This document shows, in pieces, positions 17,448 through 25,023 of a stretch of 64,000 bases of DNA. Each line of letters starts with the position of its first letter. Position 1 is the first letter of the stretch. Source of the DNA: an uncultured virus (IMG/VR IMGVR_UViG_3300012665_001205) (taxonomy: Duplodnaviria > Heunggongvirae > Uroviricota > Caudoviricetes > Crassvirales); the IMG/VR virus record IMGVR_UViG_3300012665_001205, one strand, 5' to 3'. The position numbers and the translations under genes were made by a program. A model generated the notes under the pieces. The model was not told the DNA's origin and did not search any database. It saw only the letters and a list, made by a program, of their open reading frames with translations.

Positions 17448-17952
17448 CTTCCTTCATTTCCATGTTCATCTTTCTGATGAAGTTTCTCATAACCTTGTCT
17501 GAGTAGATAGTGTTCTTGAGGAACATTGGGTTAGTGTGTGGGTCCATGGAGATCTCCTCACGGTTGAGCTTCTTGTACATTGCGTTGATAGCTCTCCTTC
17601 CCTTTTCAGTAATTTCATATAGGGCTCTAGAGTTGTATGCCTTTTCACGCCAGACGTGTATCCATCCATCCTCTAGTAGCCTTCTGAACCTGTCGATGTC
17701 CCAGCTTAGTACGTTGTTGTACTCCTCAAATCTTTCGTTGTCAAAATAACCTTCACTGTATAGGAACAGCAGCATGTCCAGGTCCTGGCTTTTTAGCCCA
17801 TACTTGCGTAGTGTCCAGTAACGTATTACCCTCCAGTACTTTAGGTAATCGTGCTCTGGGTGCCTTCTGTCGTATATTGGTCGTTTGATATTTCTGATCG
17901 GGATGTTCTCTTTATCCCAAACTCTCTTTGCTCTCCTTTTGAATGAATTCAT
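17365..17952 (-). CDS. Putative winged-helix DNA-binding protein
   Basis: LDMLLFL...FRRLLEDGWI...YEITEKGR resembles a MarR-like wHTH; only minus-strand gene in the late arm. Confidence 0.6.
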   Translation of the reverse strand: MNSFKRRAKRVWDKENIPIRNIKRPIYDRRHPEHDYLKYWRVIRYWTLRKYGLKSQDLDMLLFLYSEGYFDNERFEEYNNVLSWDIDRFRRLLEDGWIHVWREKAYNSRALYEITEKGRRAINAMYKKLNREEISMDPHTNPMFLKNTIYSDKVMRNFIRKMNMEMKEAKRRRRQEILEQRQRLSQVLQSKPPQQ

Positions 17953-17957
17953 ATTCG

Positions 17958-17965
17958 TATATTTG
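17958..17965 (+). promoter_or_regulatory. Bacteroidota -7 promoter element
   Basis: TATATTTG before the ORF at 17986. Confidence 0.7.
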
Positions 17966-17985
17966 CAGTAAAGCTAAAAAAAATT

Positions 17986-18138
17986 ATGAACAGACCAACA
18001 CGAAGTATGACTGGAATCGAGAAATGTATTCAGGTCAAAAAGGCAAACTATAAGAAAGAAGAACTAGCCGAGGCTGTAATGGATGCACTTGCCATGGTTA
18101 AGACTAAAGAAGCTCTTGGTTATGGTAAGAAAAAATGA
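17986..18138 (+). CDS. Small basic protein, 50 aa (not in ORF track)
   Basis: MNRPTRSMTGIEKCIQVKK...GYGKKK*. Confidence 0.65.
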   Translation: MNRPTRSMTGIEKCIQVKKANYKKEELAEAVMDALAMVKTKEALGYGKKK

Positions 18139-18139
18139 G

Positions 18140-18388
18140 ATGAAGTGTAACTCTCCAAAGAGTACACCATCACATTCTAAAAAATCTCATATTGTAAAGG
18201 CTTGCTCTGGAGGAAAAGAGAAAATTATTCGTTTTGGTGAGCAGGGAGCTAATACTGCTGGCAATCCAAAGTCAGGAGAGTCTGATACTATGAAGAAGAA
18301 AAGAGCGTCTTTTAAGGCAAGACATAGTAAAAATATTGCAAAAGGACCAATGTCAGCAGCTTATTGGGCAAATAAGGTAAAATGGTGA
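18140..18388 (+). CDS. Small basic phage protein (DUF6321-like)
   Basis: KIIRFGEQG...RASFKARH...SAAYWA.K.KW. Confidence 0.75.
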   Translation: MKCNSPKSTPSHSKKSHIVKACSGGKEKIIRFGEQGANTAGNPKSGESDTMKKKRASFKARHSKNIAKGPMSAAYWANKVKW

Positions 18389-18564
18389 TGAAAAAGAAAT
18401 CTACTGTTAACTCTGCTGGCAACTATACAAAGCCAACAATGAGAAAATCTTTGTTCGAAAAGATTAAATCTGGTAGCAAAGGTGGAGATCCTGGAGAGTG
18501 GTCTGCTCGAAAGGCACAGCTTCTTGCTAGTGAGTATAAGAAAAAAGGTGGAGGATATAAATAA
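18388..18564 (+). CDS. Small basic phage protein (DUF5872-like N-part)
   Basis: NYTKP.MR...GSKGG.PGEWSARKAQLLA..YKKKGGGY. Confidence 0.75.
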   Translation: MKKKSTVNSAGNYTKPTMRKSLFEKIKSGSKGGDPGEWSARKAQLLASEYKKKGGGYK

Positions 18565-18571
18565 AAAAGTT

Positions 18572-18709
18572 ATGATGTCAAAAAATAATTCAAAAAAAGG
18601 ATCATTTCCAGATTTAAATAAAGATGGAAAGATCACTAAGGCTGATGTTCTAAAAGGCCGTGGAGTTGGAAGTAAGAAAAACACTGGTTATAATACTAAG
18701 AAGAAGTAA
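18572..18709 (+). CDS. Small basic protein with an EF-hand-like loop
   Basis: FPDLNKDGKITKADVL. Confidence 0.7.
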   Translation: MMSKNNSKKGSFPDLNKDGKITKADVLKGRGVGSKKNTGYNTKKK

Positions 18710-18954
18710 TGGCTTCAAAAACTGCTTCACAAAAAAGTTTAGATAGGTGGACCAAGCAAAAGTGGACAACCGCTAGTGGTAAGCCTTCTAAAGAAACTGG
18801 AGAGGTTTATGCACCTTCTGCTACTATTTCTAAATTAAAGTCTACACCAGCTGGTAGATCAAAGCTTGCAATGGCTAACAAGGAGAAGAGAGAGGCAACA
18901 AAATCTGGGAAACAGTACGCTTCTCATGGTCTTCACAAGAATAAGAAGAGGTAA
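18709..18954 (+). CDS. Small basic phage protein (DUF5872-like C-part)
   Basis: SQKSL..WTKQKW.T.SGKPS. Confidence 0.75.
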   Translation: MASKTASQKSLDRWTKQKWTTASGKPSKETGEVYAPSATISKLKSTPAGRSKLAMANKEKREATKSGKQYASHGLHKNKKR

Positions 18955-18984
18955 AAAGTTGTATATTTGTCAAAACATTTAGTT

Positions 18985-19113
18985 ATGCCTTTAAAGTGTG
19001 GAAAATCACAGAAAGTGATTAGTAAAAATATAAAAAAAGAGATTAAGGCTGGTAAGCCTAATAAGCAAGCCATTGCTATTGCTCTTTCTAAAGCTGGTAA
19101 AAGTAAAAAATAA
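18985..19113 (+). CDS. Small basic protein, 42 aa (not in ORF track)
   Basis: [16 protein letters not shown]...[16 protein letters not shown]; preceded by TATATTTG at 18962-18969. Confidence 0.75.
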   Translation: MPLKCGKSQKVISKNIKKEIKAGKPNKQAIAIALSKAGKSKK

Positions 19114-19119
19114 TTAACA

Positions 19120-19296
19120 ATGGAAGGGCTTGGAGACGTAATTGAGAAGGTAGTTGATTCCACGGGTATTTCTTATGTAGTAAAAAAAGTTGCTGGTAAG
19201 AAAGATTGTGGTTGTGCTGCTAGAAAAGCTAAGTTAAACGAGTTATTTCCTTTTAAACAACAAGAAGATGGCAGTACAAAAATTACAGGCAGCTAG
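19120..19296 (+). CDS. Small protein with a DCGC motif, 58 aa (not in ORF track)
   Basis: MEGLGDVIEKV...TGI...DCGCAARKAKLNELFP. Confidence 0.75.
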   Translation: MEGLGDVIEKVVDSTGISYVVKKVAGKKDCGCAARKAKLNELFPFKQQEDGSTKITGS

Positions 19297-19534
19297 AGCT
19301 GCCGCAGTTACACCGAGTAATACTGTTGATATTCCTAATATTGCAAACCAAAACGGCCTGGATAACAAAGGCTGTGTTTTGTATGTTGGAACTGGAGGAA
19401 CATTAAAAGTCACTACCGCTGGTGGTGATGAAGTAACCTTTACTGGAATCGTGAGTGGAACATTTGTTCCAGTTCAGGTTGTTAGAGTTTGGGCTACTGG
19501 TACCTCAGCTCTAAACATTATAGCACTATGGTAA
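19268..19534 (+). CDS. Head spike-base protein (RcGTA Rcc01079-like)
   Basis: AVTPS...LYVGTGG.LKV...TF.....GTFVPVQV.RVWATGT.A. Confidence 0.7.
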   Translation: MAVQKLQAARAAAVTPSNTVDIPNIANQNGLDNKGCVLYVGTGGTLKVTTAGGDEVTFTGIVSGTFVPVQVVRVWATGTSALNIIALW

Positions 19535-19560
19535 TTGTAATTGGAATAATCATCGGATGA
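19528..19560 (+). CDS. 10-codon mini-ORF MVIVIGIIIG
   Basis: Overlaps the spike-base stop and the ATG of the 1821-aa fibre. Confidence 0.35.
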   Translation: MVIVIGIIIG

Positions 19561-22500
19561 GATTTTCGGACTTTCTATTAGTAAGTGATCCTGGTGATCT
19601 AGAATTCATTGTTGGATATACCGAAGATGAGAACATTAGAATTAATGTGTCTGATTTTTTTGGTAATCAAATCTTTGGATCTGGAAACCCTGGGTATATT
19701 CCTGTTTTTACAGGAACTCAAACATTAGGTAATTCACAAATTTTTCAAGACGGAGCAAACATTGTAATTGGAGGCGTAAACGCCAGTGGTTACAGGCTTG
19801 CTGTTGGTGGATCACTTTACACTGCTAATGGAGCTGTAATAAATAGTACTGTTTCAGGTGCTGATGCACTTAGAGTTATTGGTGGAGATGGTGACATTTT
19901 TGTTATTCCAAATGACTTAGGTCAATCTATATCTAGCTTAAGACGTATAATTCATCCTCCAGCTATACTTACTACTGAGTCCGCTACACTTGGACAGATT
20001 AATACTGCTATATCTAACTTAGATGCAGAAATAGATATTTTATTAAACCTTAAAGTTGATAAGTCTTCTGTTGGAGTTCCTAATGGAGTTGCATCTTTAG
20101 ATTCTGGAGGAAAGATTCCTTTGTCTCAGATACCTGACTCAATTATTGGTCAAGTACAATACATGGGTACTTGGAATGCATTTACTAATACTCCTACTCT
20201 AAATCCACTAATCCCAGAAGAAAGAGGTCACTACTACGTTGTTTCCGCTGCTGGAGTGTTTGCTGGAATGGATTTTCAGATCGGTGACTGGATTATATCT
20301 AACGGGGTTATTTGGGAGAAGGTAGATAATACTGACGCTGTAACTAGCGTTTTTGGAAGGATAGGAGCTATTCTAGCTTTAGAGGCTGACTATCAAGCTT
20401 TTTATCCTAGACTTTCTCAAGCTTACGATAATCCTACATGGATTAACACGATTGCATTTACAAAGATAACTGGCGTTCCTCCATTTCTTTTGGAGAACCA
20501 AACTATAACGCTCTCTGGAGACGTTACAGGCAGTGGTAAGACGTCCATTTCTACAACCATATCAAGCAATGCTGTGAGCAATGAAAAGCTCAGAGACAGC
20601 GTAGGAACTTCTGTAATAGGACGATCTGCTTCTACTACTGGAGACCCTGCGGATATACAGGCAACGACTGACGGTCATGTACTATTAAGATCTGCTGGTA
20701 ACCTATTGTTTGGTCTTATTTCAGGAGATTCTATTTCTTCAATAAACTGGTCAAAAATTACTGGAACACCTACTACATTAAGTGGGTATGGAATTACTGA
20801 CGCTTATACAAAGACTGAATCTGATAATAAGTTTGTTCCTTACACTGGAGCAAATGCAAATGTAAACCTTGGTTCAAATAACATTACAGCGAATTCGTTT
20901 ATTAAAGCTGGCGGCACGTCTTCTCAGTTTTTAAAGGCGGATGGATCTGTTGACACTAGTCAATATGTTCCTACTACAAGATCTGTTAACGCAGGCACTG
21001 GATTAACTGGAGGAGGAAACTTGTCTTCTGATATTACTATTGCTTTTGATACTACGTGGGGTGATAACAGGTATGCGTACAGAACTCGTCAGTTAACTAT
21101 TAATGGAGTAACTTATGATCTATCAGCAGATAGAACTTGGAGTGTTGGAACGGTTAATACTTTAACTACATTAGGAACTAGTGGTCCTGCCACTCTAGTT
21201 GGAAATACTTTAAATATACCTCAATACACTGATCAATTTGTAGGTACGGTTACAAGTGTAGGACTTAGTATGCCTCCTGCGTTTACTGTATCAAACAGCC
21301 CTGTAACGAGTGCTGGTACACTAACTGTTGTAGGTGCAGGAAATGCTACTCAATATGTTAGGGGGGATGGTGCTTTAGCTACACTACCAACTGGTGGAGG
21401 TGGAGGTGGAGCTTCTGTTAATTATTATTTGAATGGATCTGTAAATCAAGGAACAATAGGTGGAGTGACTTATTACGAAATGAATAGGACTCCAATTATT
21501 GGAACAGGTACTGATTTTAGCAGAAACTCAAACGGATATATTTCATCATTTTTAACTGATGCTGGTGATCCTGCTTTACTTGCAATACCTGGTGGAAACT
21601 GGAATTTTGAAACATATTTTAATGCATCAAGTGGTGGCGGTTCTCCAACATTTTACATTGAGTTGTATAAGTATGATGGTACTACATTTACACTTATTGC
21701 ATCAAATAGCGGTTCACCTAAGTTAATTAATGATGGTACAAACATCGAGGCTTATTTTAGTACCTTAGCAGTACCACAGACTACTTTGACTTTAACGGAT
21801 AGATTGGCTATTCGAATTTATGTTAACACTTCTGGCAGAACAATTACGCTTCATACTGAGAATAGTCACCTATGTCAGGTTATAACCACGTTTACTACTG
21901 GGCTAACTGCATTGAATGGATTGACTTCACAGGTTCAATATTTTGCTACAGGAACAAGTGGTACGGACTTTAATATTTTAAGTGCAGTTGCTACTCATAC
22001 GTTTAACTTACCTACAGCATCAGCTGTGAATAGAGGGGCTTTGAGTTCTACTGATTGGACTGTATTCAATGGTAAGCAGAACGCTATAACATTAACTACT
22101 ACAGGTACAAGTGGACCTGCTACATTAATTGGAAGCACTTTAAATATTCCTAACTACAGTACTGACTTGAGTGGGTACGTTCCATATACTGGAGCTACTC
22201 AAGCTGTTAATTTAGGATTATATAACTTATCTTCTAACAATTTAATTGCTAATGGAGCTACTAATTCTGGAGCTTTACTTTTAAAGCAAACACTTAATTC
22301 TTCAGTAATTAATCTAGGATACACTACAATAACTCCAAGCTCTGCATATTTATTAAGATTTGGATTTAGCACTAGTTCAGGTGTATGGAAAAGTTTTCGT
22401 TTAAACGTATTTTCATTAACTGATAATACGGAGAGAGCTTACACCATGCCTAATGCAGATGGTACTATAGCATTGACTTCTGATATACCTTCACTTGCAG

Positions 22501-25022
22501 GATACGTAACACTAGCTACTGACCAAACCATAACAGGTCTAAAGACCATTATGAGGGTTGGAGATGGCGGTATAGATGTATTAAACTTCAAGATTGACAC
22601 AAGTAATATTTATGCGCTAAAGGTAGCTTACCATCAAAATGAGTTAGTTGAAAGTGGTGAGGCTACATGGAGCTTTACAAATACGTTTAATACTGGAACT
22701 GGAACTGGACTTACAACTACTCCCATATCATTCTTTAGAGGTGTACTAGTTACAGGAGAGAGACTTCTTAGTGCATCTATAAATTCAAACCTGTTAGCAT
22801 ACTACGGAACCTTTCCTAGTGGCAGATATCCTATCTACGCATACAACACAGGCGTGCAGCAGTTTGCTTCAAGCATTATTGTTGGAGAGACTAACGGTGT
22901 TGTTAACGCTGCAACTGGAGCCATTTCGGACCTACCAGCAGGTGTGGTAGCTAACTTCAAGGGACGTGTGATTGGTAGCAACGCTGTCAATAACAATGAG
23001 TTTGCTACGCTAGGACAAGTAACATCAGGCAGTAGGGCAGCGATTAGTTTGACAACAACAGGCACTAGTGGACCTGCTACTTATAGCAGCGTTACAGGTG
23101 TTCTTAATATACCTGAGTACCAAGGTGGCGTTACTAGCTTCAACACTAGAACAGGAGCAGTCACGTTGACCAGTAGTGATGTTACTACAGCGTTGGGCTA
23201 CACTCCTGTAACTGATGCTAGGACATTAAGTATTAATGGCGTTACGTATGACCTGACAGCAAACCGTTCATGGACTATAGGGGTCAACCCATCAGCTAGA
23301 GAGATACAAACATACATTGCTACAGCTTCACAGACTACGTTCACTGTAACAGGTGGGTACACTGTTGGGCTTGTAGACGTGTTCATCAACGGTGTTCGAT
23401 TGACATCGTCTGACTATACAGCTACTAACGGCACGACCGTGATACTGACTGTAGGGACAATGGCAGGCAACATTGTGGACATCATTAAGTACACCTCTGG
23501 TATTGTGAACAGCATCTCAGGAAGCGGTACGACTAATGAGCTTGCGTACTTCACAGCCTCCACAACGATAGCAAGTTTAAGCACTGCTACCTACCCATCA
23601 TTGACTGAGCTGAGCTACGTTAAGGGAGTGACAAGCTCTATTCAAACCCAGCTGAATGGTAAGCAGAATACTTTGACTAACCCAGTCACGGGAACAGGGA
23701 CGACTAACTACTTGCCTAAGTTTACAGGTGGTACTACTTTAGGTAATAGTCAGATAATTGATAACGGTAATCAAGTTGGGGTTGGATTAACTCCAAATAC
23801 TAGTTATGGGACATTGCAAATTAAATCTCCATCATCAGTTTATTCTATTGATTTAGTTGGGCGGACTGTTGGACTTAATAGTGAAAATCAAATTACTTTT
23901 TGGAATTCTACGCAATCAGTAGGTTTGGCCTATATATATAATTCCTTAAGCAATTTATATATTGGGACTGGAGCCAACCAACCTTTTACCTTATCAAGTG
24001 GAGGCAACTTTATATTTGGTAGCACCACAGACGCTGGCTTTAAGCTAGACGTTAACGGAACTGGGCGGTTTGTAGGACAGGTAAATTTTGATTATAGAAT
24101 TGTTTTACCTAATATGACTATTGGATATTGGGATGGAGTAAATAATAGAATAGAAAGCGGAAGCTCAAGACCATTATTAATTACTGCATATTCTCAACCT
24201 ATTAATATGGGAATAAATGGAGGTACTAATTTTACTATTAATACTTCAGGCGCAGCTATATTTACTGCTTCCGTGTCTGCTGCAAGTTTTAATTTAGGCA
24301 ATGGTCAGTTTTTAAGGTTAACTAGAAATAGTGGAGGATTACAATACGATGCGCTAGGAATAATAGCAGGTACTGATAATACAAGGCTAATTTCTACGGG
24401 TGATTTTGATATTGTTAACGGAGCTTTGTCAAGTCAATTTAAAGTTGCTATATCAGGAAATGTAGGAATAAATACTAATAATCCGAGTGGTCAATTATCA
24501 GGAACTAAAGGTTTATCAATTGTCGATGCTACAAATGCTGCTTTAGGTTTATCAAATGGTACAAACCATTGGTTAAATTATTTATCAGGAACTACCTATA
24601 GAATATGGAATAATAGTGTATCTGAAGTAATGACTCTTACATACGGCGGCAACGTGCTTATTGGAACGACAACTGATAATGGGATGGGTAGGCTGCAAGT
24701 AAGTGGAGCAGTTAATGCTAATGCCTTTAATTCGACAAGCAACAATAACTCAATTCCATTTAATACTTGGACCACTATTGCAACAGTTGATGCTGGTACA
24801 ATAGGTATGTATTTGGTAGTAATTGGATTAGCCGCTGGTGGATTAGGAGACTGGGCAGCAACAGGTATATTATATTCTAATGGTACAACTGCTTCTTGGA
24901 TAAATGGTCCAACAAATGGTTCTTTGGTTCAGATAAGAATCTCAGGAACAGCAATTCAGGTTATTCAAACTGGAACATCTCCAAGTATTAATCTTAGTTT
25001 CAAATTATTAAAGGTAGCATAA
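19557..25022 (+). CDS. Long fibre protein, 1821 aa
   Basis: Gly/Thr/Ser-rich modules: GVASLDSGGKIP, TSVFGR.G, KITGTPTTLSGYGITDA, VTSFNTRTGAVTL, GNVGINT, GNVLIGTTTD. Confidence 0.85.
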   Translation: MRFSDFLLVSDPGDLEFIVGYTEDENIRINVSDFFGNQIFGSGNPGYIPVFTGTQTLGNSQIFQDGANIVIGGVNASGYRLAVGGSLYTANGAVINSTVSGADALRVIGGDGDIFVIPNDLGQSISSLRRIIHPPAILTTESATLGQINTAISNLDAEIDILLNLKVDKSSVGVPNGVASLDSGGKIPLSQIPDSIIGQVQYMGTWNAFTNTPTLNPLIPEERGHYYVVSAAGVFAGMDFQIGDWIISNGVIWEKVDNTDAVTSVFGRIGAILALEADYQAFYPRLSQAYDNPTWINTIAFTKITGVPPFLLENQTITLSGDVTGSGKTSISTTISSNAVSNEKLRDSVGTSVIGRSASTTGDPADIQATTDGHVLLRSAGNLLFGLISGDSISSINWSKITGTPTTLSGYGITDAYTKTESDNKFVPYTGANANVNLGSNNITANSFIKAGGTSSQFLKADGSVDTSQYVPTTRSVNAGTGLTGGGNLSSDITIAFDTTWGDNRYAYRTRQLTINGVTYDLSADRTWSVGTVNTLTTLGTSGPATLVGNTLNIPQYTDQFVGTVTSVGLSMPPAFTVSNSPVTSAGTLTVVGAGNATQYVRGDGALATLPTGGGGGGASVNYYLNGSVNQGTIGGVTYYEMNRTPIIGTGTDFSRNSNGYISSFLTDAGDPALLAIPGGNWNFETYFNASSGGGSPTFYIELYKYDGTTFTLIASNSGSPKLINDGTNIEAYFSTLAVPQTTLTLTDRLAIRIYVNTSGRTITLHTENSHLCQVITTFTTGLTALNGLTSQVQYFATGTSGTDFNILSAVATHTFNLPTASAVNRGALSSTDWTVFNGKQNAITLTTTGTSGPATLIGSTLNIPNYSTDLSGYVPYTGATQAVNLGLYNLSSNNLIANGATNSGALLLKQTLNSSVINLGYTTITPSSAYLLRFGFSTSSGVWKSFRLNVFSLTDNTERAYTMPNADGTIALTSDIPSLAGYVTLATDQTITGLKTIMRVGDGGIDVLNFKIDTSNIYALKVAYHQNELVESGEATWSFTNTFNTGTGTGLTTTPISFFRGVLVTGERLLSASINSNLLAYYGTFPSGRYPIYAYNTGVQQFASSIIVGETNGVVNAATGAISDLPAGVVANFKGRVIGSNAVNNNEFATLGQVTSGSRAAISLTTTGTSGPATYSSVTGVLNIPEYQGGVTSFNTRTGAVTLTSSDVTTALGYTPVTDARTLSINGVTYDLTANRSWTIGVNPSAREIQTYIATASQTTFTVTGGYTVGLVDVFINGVRLTSSDYTATNGTTVILTVGTMAGNIVDIIKYTSGIVNSISGSGTTNELAYFTASTTIASLSTATYPSLTELSYVKGVTSSIQTQLNGKQNTLTNPVTGTGTTNYLPKFTGGTTLGNSQIIDNGNQVGVGLTPNTSYGTLQIKSPSSVYSIDLVGRTVGLNSENQITFWNSTQSVGLAYIYNSLSNLYIGTGANQPFTLSSGGNFIFGSTTDAGFKLDVNGTGRFVGQVNFDYRIVLPNMTIGYWDGVNNRIESGSSRPLLITAYSQPINMGINGGTNFTINTSGAAIFTASVSAASFNLGNGQFLRLTRNSGGLQYDALGIIAGTDNTRLISTGDFDIVNGALSSQFKVAISGNVGINTNNPSGQLSGTKGLSIVDATNAALGLSNGTNHWLNYLSGTTYRIWNNSVSEVMTLTYGGNVLIGTTTDNGMGRLQVSGAVNANAFNSTSNNNSIPFNTWTTIATVDAGTIGMYLVVIGLAAGGLGDWAATGILYSNGTTASWINGPTNGSLVQIRISGTAIQVIQTGTSPSINLSFKLLKVA

Positions 25023-25023
25023 A

